A DNA stretch of 64,000 nucleotides from Octopus sinensis (Eukaryota): the NCBI RefSeq assembly GCF_006345805.1, contig NC_043021.1:7316001-7380000 (forward strand). Direction: 5' to 3'. Below, piece by piece: positions 46,191 through 59,554 of the stretch. Under the pieces are notes generated by a model. The model was not told the origin of the DNA, made no database searches, and saw only the letters and a program-made list of their open reading frames with translations. The stretch's first letter is position 1; each line of letters opens with the position of its first letter. The position numbers were made by a program, and so were the translations under genes.

Positions 46191-46554
46191 AAAGGAGAAG
46201 GATGTTGTAGGGGTGAATATAGTAAACTTGTCGACCCCTTTATTTCACTAGTATTTTTTTTTTTACCGACTCCGGAAAACTGAAAAAATGTGACCTCGAC
46301 AGGTTTTCAAAATGAAACATAAAGGGACACAACTCAATAAAACAAATCCTTTTGTCCGTCACTTCACCGATTGTGCTTGTAATAGGCTTTAGAATCTACA
46401 TCCGGTCCATATTTTATTTAAATATATTTGCTAGTTTGATCTGGGAAACCAATAAAGAGAGAAATTGATCAAAGAATCAAAGAGAGAAAAACCGAAAGCA
46501 GATCTCTTTGCTCTTCCTTCGCCTTTTAGTTACACCATATTTTGTTCAGCACCT

Positions 46555-46557
46555 TTC

Positions 46558-46622
<65 letters not shown>

Positions 46623-46659
46623 ATTATCTATCTATCCACCTGCATGCTTACCTGCCTGC

Positions 46660-46726
<67 letters not shown>

Positions 46727-46960
46727 CCTGTCTATCTGTCTGTCTGTCTATCTATATGTATGTATGTATGTATGTTTATCTGACTGTCAATCTATCTATC
46801 TATCTATCTATCTATTTGGATATCTATCTGTCTGTCTCTCACCCTTTCTTTCTCTCTTTCTCTGACTGTCTATCTATTTATCTATCTCTCTGTCTATGTG
46901 CCTCTTTCTCTCTTTCCCTCTCTCCCTTTCTCTCCCCCCTTCTCTCTCTCTCTCTCTCAC
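46555..46960. repeat. (ATCT)n and (CT)n microsatellites
   Basis: Direct reading. Confidence 0.9.
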
Positions 46961-47436
46961 ACGCTCTTTTTCTGTCTACCTGTCACCATAATCACCACTA
47001 CACGTACACATGCGCACGCAATCAGCTCACTTCCTTCCTCTTTGTCTTCACAATTTCCCTCTAATGCAACAAACATTCACTCAACATAATGCAGTTCTCT
47101 TCTTTGTTCATCCTCTTCAGCGCCCTCAATACATAGCTTATAACCGCAACCACAACCACTATCACCACCTCCACCGTCAACACCTCTACCATCAACCATC
47201 TATAATGCTTTCCCCATTTTTCAATACCTTCAGCACTACCACTACCACCATCACCACCCTACCATCACTACTACCAAAAACAACAACAACCATCACCTAA
47301 TGCCACAGAACCATAGCAACAACTACTAACACCGTTAGTACCACTATCACGACCACTACCACCATCACCATCGTCACTATAAATGCCACCACTAATTTAT
47401 TATCACCACCACCAATAAATAACAGCAACAACAACA

Positions 47437-47608
47437 GTGGAGGCGTAATGGCCCAGTGTAGGGCAGCGGACTCGCGGTCGTAAGAACGCTGTTTCGATTC
47501 CCAGACCGGGCATTGTGAGTGTTTATTGAGCAAAAACACCTAAGCTCAACGAGGCTCCGTGTGTGTCTGGGGGATGGTGGTGAACCCCGCTGTACTTCTT
47601 CACCACAA
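47437..47608 (+). mobile_element. SINE family C, 5' part
   Basis: GTGGAGGCGTAATGGCCCAGTGTAGGGCAGCGG..CTGTACTTCTTCACCACAA. Confidence 0.85.
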
Positions 47609-48137
47609 GGGGCTAAACATAGAGGGGACAAACAAGGACAGACAAAGGTATTAAGTCGATTACATCGACCCCTGTGCGCAACTGGTACTTAATTTATCGA
47701 CCCCGAAAGGATGAAAGGCAAAGTCGACCTCAGAACGTAGCGGCAGACGAAATACCTATTTCTTTACTACCCACAAGGGCCTAAACACAGAGAGGACAAA
47801 CAAGGGCAGACAAACGGATTAAATCGATTATATTGACCCCAGTGCGTAACTGGTACTTATTTAATCGGCCCCGAAAGGCAAAGTCGACCTCGGCGGAATT
47901 TGAACTCAGAACGTAACGGCAGACGAAATACCGCTAAGCATTTCGCCCGGTTGTAAAGAAATAGGTATTTCGTCGGCCGCTACGTTCTGAGTTCAAATTC
48001 CGCCGAGGTCGACTTTGGCTTTCATCCTTCCGAGGTCGATAAATTACGCACTATGGTCGATGTAATCGACGTAATCCCTTTGTCTGTCCTTGTTTGTCCC
48101 CTCTTATGTTTAGCCCCTTGTGGGCAATAAAGAAATA
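47603..48137. mobile_element. SINE-B multimer with internal inversion (- 47603-47950; + 47953-48137)
   Basis: Two minus-strand units, then a plus-strand unit that starts just upstream of a multimer junction. Confidence 0.85.
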
Positions 48138-48289
48138 AGAAACAGCACCCAGATCTCGGAAGAGAAATGCTAACTTTAACTAATGCTGGCATGGAGACAA
48201 TGTATCTGAATAAAGACGAGATGGTCACGGATGAAGCCCTTGATCGTATGCCTCTTCGAACAGAGCTGATCTGGACTAAGCAATGTGAC

Positions 48290-48296
48290 AAAAGAG

Positions 48297-48332
<36 letters not shown>

Positions 48333-49150
48333 CGGAATCACGTAAACAAAAGCAACAACAACAATGACAACAATGACAACAACAACAATGACAACAAAAA
48401 CAACAACAACAACAACAACATTTACGCCTCACCACTACGACAACGTATGAAGTCATCAGAAACATTAGGGTCATACAATAGTGAAATCCGGGTTCAGATG
48501 CGTAGGTTGCCAGGGCGTGCGTGCATACACATCAACACATACATGCACATACACAAATACCTTCACACACACACACACACACACACATTCATACACACAC
48601 ACACACACACACACATAAACACATACCTTCACACACCTAATATATATACGTACATACATACATACATACACACATACATACATACATACATACATAATAC
48701 ATATACATATATACATATATACATACATACATACGTACATAAGTATATATATATATATATATGATTATACATATTCACACACACGCACTCATACATACGT
48801 GCATATACACACGCATATACACCTACATATATACATTTGCATCCACATGCATATATACATATACATATACACTCACACGTACCTCGACACATGCATACTC
48901 ACACACAAACTTGCGAACACATATCTATACACATACACATAGCTGTCCCCTCCTCTTCCGCACGTGTACAATACAAACATCATTATATGCAGATATATAA
49001 TGTACACATTGGGACACAAGCACACGCACGCACACATATTCACACACACACACACACATAACACACACACACACACACACATACATACTCACATAACCCT
49101 CTCTACACTGATACACGTTTATACACATACGCACACATATACATATATAT
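48290..49150. repeat. (CAG)/(CAA) then (AC)/(ACAT) microsatellite field
   Basis: Direct reading. Confidence 0.85.
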
Positions 49151-49315
49151 ACGTATGCACACATATGGTGATTGCTCCATCTTCACAGATAATTGCTGTC
49201 TCCCTTAGCTTCCCCGTTGTCACTGGCATTTGTGACTCTCCTTCCATGACCTTTCAGACGAATATTCTGTCCCATGGTTTGAAGCATAGGTGACAGCTGA
49301 AAGTTGTGACTAATT

Positions 49316-49613
49316 GGATGGAAGCACTCCGTCGGTTACGACGACGAGGGTTCCGGTTGATCCGATCAACGGAACAGCCTGCTCGTGAAATTAACGTGTA
49401 AGTGGCTGAGCACTCCACAGACACGTGTACCCTTAACGTAGTTCTCGGGGATATTCAGCGTGACACAGTGAGTGACAAGGCTGGCCCTTTGAAATACAGG
49501 TACAACAGGAACAGGAAGTAAGAATGAGAGAAAGTTGTGGTGAAAGAGTACAGCAGGGATCACCACCATCCCTGCCGGAGCCTCGTGGAGCTTTAGGTGT
49601 TTTCGCTCAATAA
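49316..49613 (-). mobile_element. SINE family C, 5'-truncated, 11 bp TSD
   Basis: TSD TGTGACTAATT at 49305-49315 and 49614-49624. Confidence 0.9.
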
Positions 49614-49705
49614 TGTGACTAATTACACGCTTCCAACTGGTTAGGTCTACACATGCTCCACGTTACCATTATTCTCACAGAACTTCAGTAGACAGAATGA
49701 CGAAT

Positions 49706-50100
49706 AAGGCGGCGAGCTGGCAGAATCGTTAGCACACCGGGCGAAATGCTCAGTGGTATTTCGTCTGCCGTTACGTTCTGAGTTCAAATTTCGCCGAGGT
49801 CGACTTTGCCTTTCATCCTTTCGGGGTCGGTAAAATAAGTACCAGTTGCGCACAGGGGTCGATGTAATCGACTTAATACCTTTGTCTGTCCTTGTTTGTC
49901 CTCTCTGTGTTTAGCCCCTTGTGGGTAGTAAAGAAATAGGTATTTCGTCTGCCGTTACGTTCTGAGTTCAAATTCTGCTAAGGTGACTTTGCCCTTCATC
50001 CTTTCGGAATCGATAAATTAAGTTGCGTACTGGGGTCAATCTAACTGACTGGCCTTCTCCCCCCAAAATGTCGGGCCTTGTGCCTAGAGTGGAAAAGACT
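49706..50100 (+). mobile_element. SINE family B dimer (tail 1 then tail 2)
   Basis: Junction AAGAAATAGG/TATTTCG at 49931-49947; ends GGCCTTGTGCCTAGAGTGGAAAAG. Confidence 0.9.
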
Positions 50101-50145
50101 ATTGTACATGTTATGGCAGCTGCTATTGTAAGTTGTTAGTGGGTG

Positions 50146-50482
50146 AAGGCGCGTAGCTTAATGGTTAGAGCATCGAACTCACAATCATGAGGTAGTGTGT
50201 TCGATTCTCGGACCGGGCTGTGTGTTGTGTTCTCGAGCAAGACACTTTATTTCATCATTGCTCCAGTTCACTCAGCTGTTGAAATGCGTTGCGACGTCAT
50301 TGGTGCCAAGCTGTATCGGCCCCTTTGCCTTTCCCTTGGATAACATCAGGGGCGTGGAGAGGAAAGGCTGGTTTGTTGGGCGACTACTCGTCTTCCATAA
50401 AACAACCTTGCCCGCACTTGTGCCTCGGAAGGGAACTTTCTAGATGCAATCCTATGATCAATCATGACTGAAGGGGGTCTTT
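50146..50482 (+). mobile_element. SINE family D, full length
   Basis: AGGCGCGTAGCTTAATGGTTAGAGC..GTTCGATTCTCGG head; tail ATCATGACTGAAGGGGGTCTTT. Confidence 0.88.
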
Positions 50483-51512
50483 ATTGTAGCGGTTATCGTA
50501 CTTATTATAGTAGTTACAATTGTTGTTATTATCGCAGTTGTTGTAAGTAATTGTCATTACAGTTGATCGACCAGAAGTCGACATTTTGAATCAATTTAGG
50601 GTTCAACAGCTGTATTTCACCCGGACCCATCCCTGGTGGTGTATAATCAAAACTAGTGCAGTGTTTTTAGGGGCATGACTTAAGAAGTTAATGCTGTGCT
50701 TGTTATTATCTTTTGACGTGTGATTACAGCAAACACACACATTTTAAGGATTCCAAATGAGAATAGAAAACAGCTTGGGGATTTTGCAGCTTCGTAAATT
50801 GCTTCTATATTACGTAATGGAGGTTGTGTATGCATGTGAATGTATGTGTGTGAATGTATGCGTATGATGAATGTATGTGAGTGCGTGTGTACGTGTGTGC
50901 GTGAGAGATAGAGAGAAGAAGAGTGAGAAAGAAAGAGAGAGAGAGTGTGTGTGTGTGTGTGTGTAGAGGGAGAGAGAAAATGAAATTTGAAGAAAAAGAA
51001 ACGTTCAGTAAAATTTGCACAATTAATAAAAGGCGGGAGAATCAAAATCACGCAGTTTTTGACGGGTATTATGCTAATACATACATACATACATATATAC
51101 ATACATACATACATATATATATATATATAGTACGTATTTATTTTTATATATTCATACACACATGCACACAAACACACACACATTTCTATACATTTTAATA
51201 CACGCAAGTGTATGTGTGTACATACATACATACATACATACATACATACATACATACATACATACATACATACATGTGATATGTGTGTGTGTACGCATTC
51301 ATACGCATTTACATATATATATTCATGCTTGTTTGATAACATATCTGTATGTGTATACACACAGATACGCATTTAAATACTATTATCCAAAAGAAGAAGA
51401 AACCTTATTAGCCATATGAAATATTAAATAATAGTAATTTAAGCTTCTTTTATTATATTTGATTAGGTACTCACACAGGCACACACACACACATATAATT
51501 ACGTATTTACAT

Positions 51513-51552
<40 letters not shown>

Positions 51553-51909
51553 AGAGAGAGGGAGGAAGAAAGAAAGAGACAGTTATAGTGATAGATCGTT
51601 AGTATATAGCCTAATGATTAGGGCGTTTGCTATCATGGAATCCTGGATTCGATCCGAGACGTGGTAGTTTTGCTGAGTGTCTTTTGCTAAAGTGTCAAGG
51701 TGACCCAGAACTTCTGTGTTGAACTGAGTAGACGCAAAATGTGGCGGAATCTTTACAGTTCAGAGTTACAGTATTGTCATTGTATTGTGTTTGTAGAAGC
51801 TACCTGAGTATTAGATTGAAGATATACATATTTTAGCGTTCATTTAATTAACGACTGGGTAGTTCAGTTAATCAAGCACCTAAATGCTCATCGCCGGAAC
51901 CGACGGAAG

Positions 51910-52172
51910 ATCCATCATCTGTATATATACGTATGTATGTATGTATGTATGTATGTATGTATGTATGTATGTATGTATGTATGTATGTATGTATGTATGT
52001 ATGTATGTATGTATGTATTTGTATGTATGTGCTTATAAGTATGTGTGCCTATACACACATGCATACACACATTTAAACCCACGCATATATATGTGTGTGC
52101 AACTATATACATAGATTCATATACATATTTATATACATATGTATATATGTACATTATACATGTATATTTAAA

Positions 52173-52247
<75 letters not shown>

Positions 52248-53062
52248 TTATATATATTTGTATGTGTGTGTGTATGCACATTTATATCAAATATGAACAT
52301 ATATATATATATAAAATCATATATTTATATTTATATATATATATACGTATTTATATATATAATATATATATATATATATAATATATATATATTATGATGC
52401 ATTCATGTCCATTCAAGTACTAATGATTATACATACATGATGCATGCATGCAGACATACATACATAACATACATACATACATACATACATACATACATAC
52501 ATACATACATACATACACACATACAAACAGCTATACATACATGCATGCATATATACATATATACATGCATACATACATATGTAGGGAAGACGGCGTATTT
52601 CGTTATTACTGACAAATTTGAGGCTAGAATTAATTAATTATCAAGATTTGATAATGTCCAAAGATGACAATAATACACAGTGACAACACTGTCACATGTA
52701 ATCAACGTCCTCTCTGTAGGAGTCCTGTACGATCATGCTTATCTGTGTGCGCATGCGTGTATGTTGTTGTGTGCACACACATACTTAAATAATATACATA
52801 CATATATAACACATACATATATATATATATATATATATTTAATATATATATATAAATACATACATATATATTATATATATATATATAGATATATACATAC
52901 ATACATATATATATACATATATAGACATACATATATATACATATATAGACATACATATATATATACATACATATACATATATAGACATACATATATATAC
53001 ATATATATTGTTTACGTGTATAAACGTACATATTTATATCTATATCTGTCTTTCTATCTATT

Positions 53063-53094
<32 letters not shown>

Positions 53095-53110
53095 GATATA
53101 TATATAATTC
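51910..53110. repeat. (ATGT)n/(AT)n/(ATAC)n fields with short unique spacers
   Basis: Direct reading. Confidence 0.85.
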
Positions 53111-53168
53111 AGGGTGATACTTGATAAATGTAAGCACCTGTATATGCCAGCTAGTAGCAGAGGTGAGG

Positions 53169-53354
53169 GATATATGTATCAATGAAATAAAATGAAAAAC
53201 AGGACACAAGGATGTCGCTGTACACATGTTCGAGCTTTATAAAACAACTTATTCTTACGTAAGAATAAGTTGTTTTTTTATAAAGCTCGAAACATGTGTA
53301 CAGCGACATCCTTTGTGTCCTGTTTTTCATTTTATTTCATTTGATACATATATC
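53169..53354. repeat. Spacerless ~186 bp palindrome
   Basis: Centre TTAC|GTAA at 53258/53259; arms of 90 and 96 nt differ only by homopolymer-length indels. Confidence 0.95.
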
Positions 53355-53365
53355 GATATATATAT

Positions 53366-53405
<40 letters not shown>

Positions 53406-53884
53406 CGCGTGCACACATACATACACACAGACACATACATACATACATACATAATACATACATACATACATATCATAAATATGTTGTATAGTTTGTTTGC
53501 CTTTAGGGAACGTCTGGTAATGAAATGAGAAAGATGAATGCCAGATCAACATTTTTGTCTCGTCTGTATGAAAGATTGTTTAAAAGATGTCATCTTTTCT
53601 CCCTAAATCTTAAAGCAAACAGATTTTCTACTTCATTAGTGATTCTGTCACCACAGATGTGACATATATGGTGGAGAACGTGCTTCGCTGAAGAACATTG
53701 ATAAGATCGAAACACATTTAGATATTTCTCCCGTACTTAACAGGACTTTTTTAGAAATGTATTATCATAGGCGCATGGTTCTGGTTTCAGTCCCCCTGCG
53801 TGGCACCTTCAGGGTCTTCAGCTATAGCTTCAGGCTGACCAAAACCCTATGAGTGGATTTGGTAGATGGAAACTGAAAGAAGAC

Positions 53885-53921
<37 letters not shown>

Positions 53922-54203
53922 TATATATATATAATACTACTACTACTACTACTACTACTACTAATATAGGATAAAAAATTTTCAGAAAAAAAATATCATC
54001 AAAAGTGGCAGCATATTAAAACACCTTTAAAGGTTAAAATTATAAACAACTTATAAACAAGGGCAAAAGAAAAATTATTTCCATGCCAATATGCCGAGAA
54101 CAGACTTTAAATCGTCAATTTCCACATTTCATTTTACATTCACTATAAATACACGTCGTGCTGAAATCGAGGAAAGCTAGCCAACAGAATTTTTTTTCTT
54201 AAA

Positions 54204-54295
54204 GTTCGTTATTTCTATATTGAATCAATTTCGGCATTAATCCTATGGATTCTTCCCTCTTCAGTAGAAAATACGATAATATAGAAATAACGAAC
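54204..54295. repeat. 18 bp perfect inverted repeat with 56 bp spacer
   Basis: GTTCGTTATTTCTATATT / AATATAGAAATAACGAAC. Confidence 0.8.
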
Positions 54296-54426
54296 CCTAA
54301 CCCTCACCCAGGCAGGTTTTTCTCTTACATCTTTCAGGGCCAGCTGTAAAAGTACTGGCATAAAATATCAACCACCATTCCCATTCAGCAAATATGAAAC
54401 CATTGTGCATTACGGGAAGAAAGAAT

Positions 54427-54645
54427 TAAGATGGCGAGCTGGCAGAATCGTTAGCACGCCGGGCAAAATGCTTAGCCACATTTCGTCCGTCCTTACGTTC
54501 TGAGTTCAAATTCCGCTAAAGTTCTCTTTGCATTTCATCCTTTCGAGGTCGATAAATTAAGTACCATTTGGTCACTGGGCTCGATGTAATCGACTAGGCC
54601 CCTACCCCCAAATTTCAAGCCTTATGCCTATAGTAGAAAGGATTA
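54427..54645 (+). mobile_element. SINE family B (tail 2)
   Basis: AAGATGGCGAGCTGGCAGAATCG..GCCTTATGCCTATAGTAGAAAGG. Confidence 0.85.
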
Positions 54646-55212
54646 TGTGAGGAAAAAATAATTATATTAAAGTAATGTACACAAAATATTTTCCGTAAAA
54701 GAAATATGCAACGTATTCGAGATTTCTAACGTAAATAGATATAGGAGTGAGTAGTGTGCGTGGGTGTGTGTGAGTGTGTGGGGGGGGGGGGTGAGCGTGC
54801 GTAAAATTTTAATTATATATTATATAAAACATATCAATATATATCACAAAATTACTAAGATTTGGAGAGTTTAAATGTCACAGCTTCATCAAGCAAGTTT
54901 TCATGTCAACAATGAGCAATTGTGCACCACACACACACGGACACACACACACACTCACACATACATGCATACATATATATACACGTGCTTGTATACAAGC
55001 ACATATTTATGAACATATTCATATATATATATGCATATGCATGCATATACATATGTATGCGTAAGACTGCATATATATATAATTGAAATAAAACTTACTT
55101 GGAAGAAGATATATATATATACATACACACACATATATTTATATTTTGTATATATGTATGTGTATGTGAATACACACACACATACATACATACATACGTA
55201 TCTATCTATCTA

Positions 55213-55252
<40 letters not shown>

Positions 55253-55255
55253 ATA

Positions 55256-55300
<45 letters not shown>

Positions 55301-55998
55301 TATATGTATATACGGGGGTTAGTCTAAACGTAATGGCAAATAACAATTGTATTGGTTTTCTGACTCACCCTCGTATATGTATGTATATCAAAACACACAC
55401 ACACATACACACATACTGTTTCGAATATTTGTGTTATGAACACAAGTAAAGAGTCCTTAAAACAAGTAATTAAGGTGATTCAGTTTTTTCTTTAATAAAG
55501 TCTCAAGTTGTAGTCACTGCTTTCAGTTTTGTGCTGATCTGGTATTTTTCTGATTAAATGTCATCTGAAGATCTCCTGGTTGTTCGGAATCTTGAATGTG
55601 ATATCTAAATGACTGCTGACTTTAATCGATATAATTTATATAACGCACACGCACACACTTACACACACGCGCACACTCAAATACACACACTTACCTATCA
55701 GCTATGTGTATGCTTTAAGGATGAAGGAACTCCATAAGAAATTAAATGGAGGCTCATAGAGCAACCGGGGTCATATATAAATGGGTGTTGATGATGCAAG
55801 CTTTGCATGGTAGAGCGAGCAAGGATCCTTAAAGACTCGCTTGAACTAGAAACGCTCTTGAACTCTAGAAACGAGATCTATAGCCCTTGTCTGTCTTTTA
55901 GACGCTACCTGCTGTAGTTGTGGGATTCCTCGTACGTTGATTAGAGCTGTAAAAATATTTGCGGACCGGAGTTAACCTTCTAATAATAATAATAATAA

Positions 55999-56029
<31 letters not shown>

Positions 56030-56109
56030 CCAGGATGGAATTTATATATTTTTTAATATTTTAACTAAAATATTTATAAATTTCATCCTAACCCTAACCA
56101 CTCCACTGA

Positions 56110-56615
56110 GCCAATAAGGACACAAGAGTGGGTGCTGCTGCCGATGTACTGCGAAAAACGTGTTGCCAGAGTGAGAGTCGGCAGAGTACCCCTCGAGATC
56201 GAAGAGGCTGGGGGCAGCAGTCATGCACGGAATGGAGGAAGATGCAAGGATTCTGAAGACAACCAGAACGAAGAAAGTTAATTGATGGGGTTACGGCCTA
56301 GAAATGGTAATTCAAGTTGGGTCAAAAGACCTACATAGAATTGTCGAAGAGATTCTTCTGCCAAAAGACATTACGCTAAGAGTGGTGGTGGTGGAGGAGG
56401 GAAGACCGCTCCAACATGTTCTCTATGTAAACAAAAAAGGACAAAGGAGAACAAAGTGCCCTCAGCAAGAAAGTGAAGTAGGGGAACAACAACGCGAAGA
56501 GCAGCCCGCCGAAGAAGATGGGTCGGAAATAAAGGAAAATAAAGAGGAAACGTTTATTGTTGTAAATAAGCGAAAGAGAAAAGAGCGAGAGTTGCGTGTT
56601 GTCGAGTGTAATTAG
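56110..56615 (+). mobile_element. Decayed LINE ORF1 (gag-like) with zinc knuckle
   Basis: EWVLLPMYCEKRVARVRVGRVPLEIEE..; LRVVVVEEGRP then, by frameshift, PTCSLCKQK-GQRRTKCP (C-x2-C-x4-H-x4-C with H>Q), followed by a charged low-complexity tail. Confidence 0.5.
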
Positions 56616-56734
56616 AAGTATTGTGTATCTTGAGTAGAACAATTTGCGAGGACGTTATTTATGATCCCGTTATATCTTACGTCGAACGTGCGATACAACA
56701 TAAGGCATAACATATTTTTTATATATGAGACTGT

Positions 56735-57137
56735 ATACTCTCTTTTAATCTTTTACTCTCTTTTACTTGTTTCAGTCATTTGACTGCGGCCATGCTGGAG
56801 CACCGCCTTTAGTCGATCAAATCGACCCCGGGACTTATTCTTTGTAAGCCCAGTACTTATTCTATCGGTCTCTTTTGCCGAACCGCTAAGTGACGGGGAC
56901 GTAAACACACCGGCATCGGTTGTCAAGCAATGCTAGGGGGACAAACACAGACACACACACATATATATATATACGACAAGCTTCTTTCAGTTTCCGTCTA
57001 CCAAATCCACTCACAAGGCATTGGTCGGCCCGGGGCTATAGCAGAAGACACTTGCCCAAGATGCCACGCAGTGGGACTGAACCCGCAACCATGTGGTTGG
57101 TTAGCAAGCTACGTACCACACAACCACTCCTGCGCCT
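56735..57137 (-). mobile_element. SINE family A, full length
   Basis: Nearly identical to 18498-18922. Confidence 0.9.
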
Positions 57138-57327
57138 ATGTATAAAGATTTATACGCAGATTTATACACAAATTTTACTGTTATGTCTTATGACTTTTAT
57201 TAAGCGAACCACTGTTAATAAATTATTTTATTTAAATTTTTTTACCCGCATAATTTGCACAGTAAAATTTTCCAATTCTGAGGATATATAGTACACAGTT
57301 TAAATTTATTTACTGCTGCACTCTAAA

Positions 57328-57640
57328 GACTCCGCCGGTTACGACGACGAGGGTCCCAGCTGATACGATCAACGGAACAGCTTGCTCGTGAAATTAACTT
57401 GCAAATGGCTGAGCATTCCACAGACACGTGTACCCTTAACGTAGTTCTCGGGGATAATCAGCGTGACACAGAGAGTGACAAGGCTGACCCTTTGAAATAC
57501 AAGTACAACTCATTTTTGCCAGCTGAGTGGACTGGAGCAACGTGAAATAAAGTGTCTTGCTCAAGGACACAACGCGTCGCCGGGAATCGAACTCACAAAC
57601 TTACGATCATGAGCCGAATGCCCTAACCACTAAGCCACGC
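57328..57640 (-). mobile_element. Hybrid SINE: D-type head/core joined to C-type 3' half
   Basis: Head/core ..CCTTGAGCAAGACACTTTATTTCACGTTGCTCCAGTCCACTCAGCTGG, then GTACTTGTATTTCAAAGGG..CGTCGTAACCGGCGGAGT. Confidence 0.8.
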
Positions 57641-57969
57641 GCCCTCACTATACTGCTGTATTACCTGACTACGATAGCGCACTAAATTTAAATCCATAAT
57701 GTATAAAGATGGAGCTGTCTTGCGCACGTATTTTCGGTACGTATTAGAGCTACATGATTATGCATTCTTTTAGCGATCCCACTGATGAACTACGGATGCC
57801 AAATTGATTTATTTTTGGTCATTAATAACGAAGCTCAAGTACGGGATTAACTAATTTTATATTTTGTTCACTCTAGTGCCAGTCACAGCGGGCCTTAAGT
57901 ATTATTTTATCGTGGTTTAGGCTTAACTGCCCTTTTTAGCATGTAAGAATTCCTGTCAATGGTTTTCTC

Positions 57970-58506
57970 TCTGTGTATAAATCTTTATACAATGTTACGT
58001 GTATATATATTTATATATATATATATATAGATATATATTATGCATATACATACATACACACACACGCATGTATATATATATATATGTGTATACATATATA
58101 CATTATAAATGTAGTATATATATACATAATATATGTATATAATATATATATATATACATAATATATGTATATATCTGTTAATATATATATAATATATGTA
58201 TATAGATATATATATATATATATACATAATATATGTATATATATACATAATATATGTATATATATATACATAAATATGTATATATATTCATCAATAATGT
58301 ATATATATATATATAATATACATAATATGTATATATACTGCGATCCTCTATCGTGATATATACATACATAACGTATGTATATATATATATATACTATAAT
58401 ATATGTATATATATACATAATATGTATATAGATATATATACAGTTAATATATGTATATATATATACATAATATATGATATATATATGTATATATATATAT
58501 ACATAA

Positions 58507-58546
<40 letters not shown>

Positions 58547-58750
58547 ATATATGTATATATATATATACATAATATATGTATATATATATATACATAATAT
58601 ATGTATATATATATATACATAATATATGTATATATATATGTATATATATATACGTATATATATATATTTATACATACACTCATATACATATTTATACATA
58701 CACTCATATACATATATATACATACACTCATATATATATATACATACATA
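57970..58750. repeat. AT-rich degenerate minisatellite (unit ~CATAATATATGTATATATATA)
   Basis: Direct reading. Confidence 0.9.
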
Positions 58751-59554
58751 TATGATATGGTAATATTTGTTGCGCCTTTGATCATAAGTGTACTCGATCA
58801 GAGTTGGCCTCGGGGCAAAGCAATAACACCGACAACAGTGATCTCAACAAGACACAGCAAGACACTAGTACTGTATGCACTCACGCACGCTCACACACAC
58901 ATACACACGCACGCACGCATGCACTCTCTCTCTCTCTGTCACACACACGCTCACACACATATACACACACACACACTATACCTACGTGAAAAACACACGC
59001 CACTCCCATATATTGCTCACCCCCGCACTATTCACTCACATACTCAAGCACACTTAAATAAACACTCGGCCAGACAAACAAATAAATAAAACAAAATTAA
59101 TTAATTAAGGATCACAATTAGTGAAAGACAACCAAGCAATGATTGGCATCACATAAATAAATATCAACGAGAACTGAGTGGAAAAGAAGATCTAGTATGG
59201 AAGGAAACGCTGTCTGCTAGAAATAGCAGCTAGGTCTCATTCAAATCAAACCCTGCACCGAAACTGTAACCACTGTGTTTTGTAGCTTTACTTGCTAGAA
59301 ATACCAGCCAAATATCCCTTAGTTGTCAACTCCGTGGAACGAAGTCACAACGGCATATCACTGCTAAGTCTCCTATAAATCACATACTCTATTGTCTATG
59401 GAAAAGGAGACATTTGGTATGTTTCCGGATTGTTTGCACACAGAAAAATGATGGGTTTGTCGCGACTGGAATACCTTTAATTATAGGTCTTTTCCATCGG
59501 GTTTGACCTGCGACTAAACAATAATAGCAAGGACATTTCTACCACAAACAACAA

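Noticed and set aside
53490-53760. Possible plus-strand exon after TTTGCCTTTAG (51 open codons)
   Set aside because: No good donor, no recognisable protein, and the frame ends in a stop
54296-54308. Telomere-like CCCTAA repeats
   Set aside because: Only about 2 units; not an interstitial telomeric array
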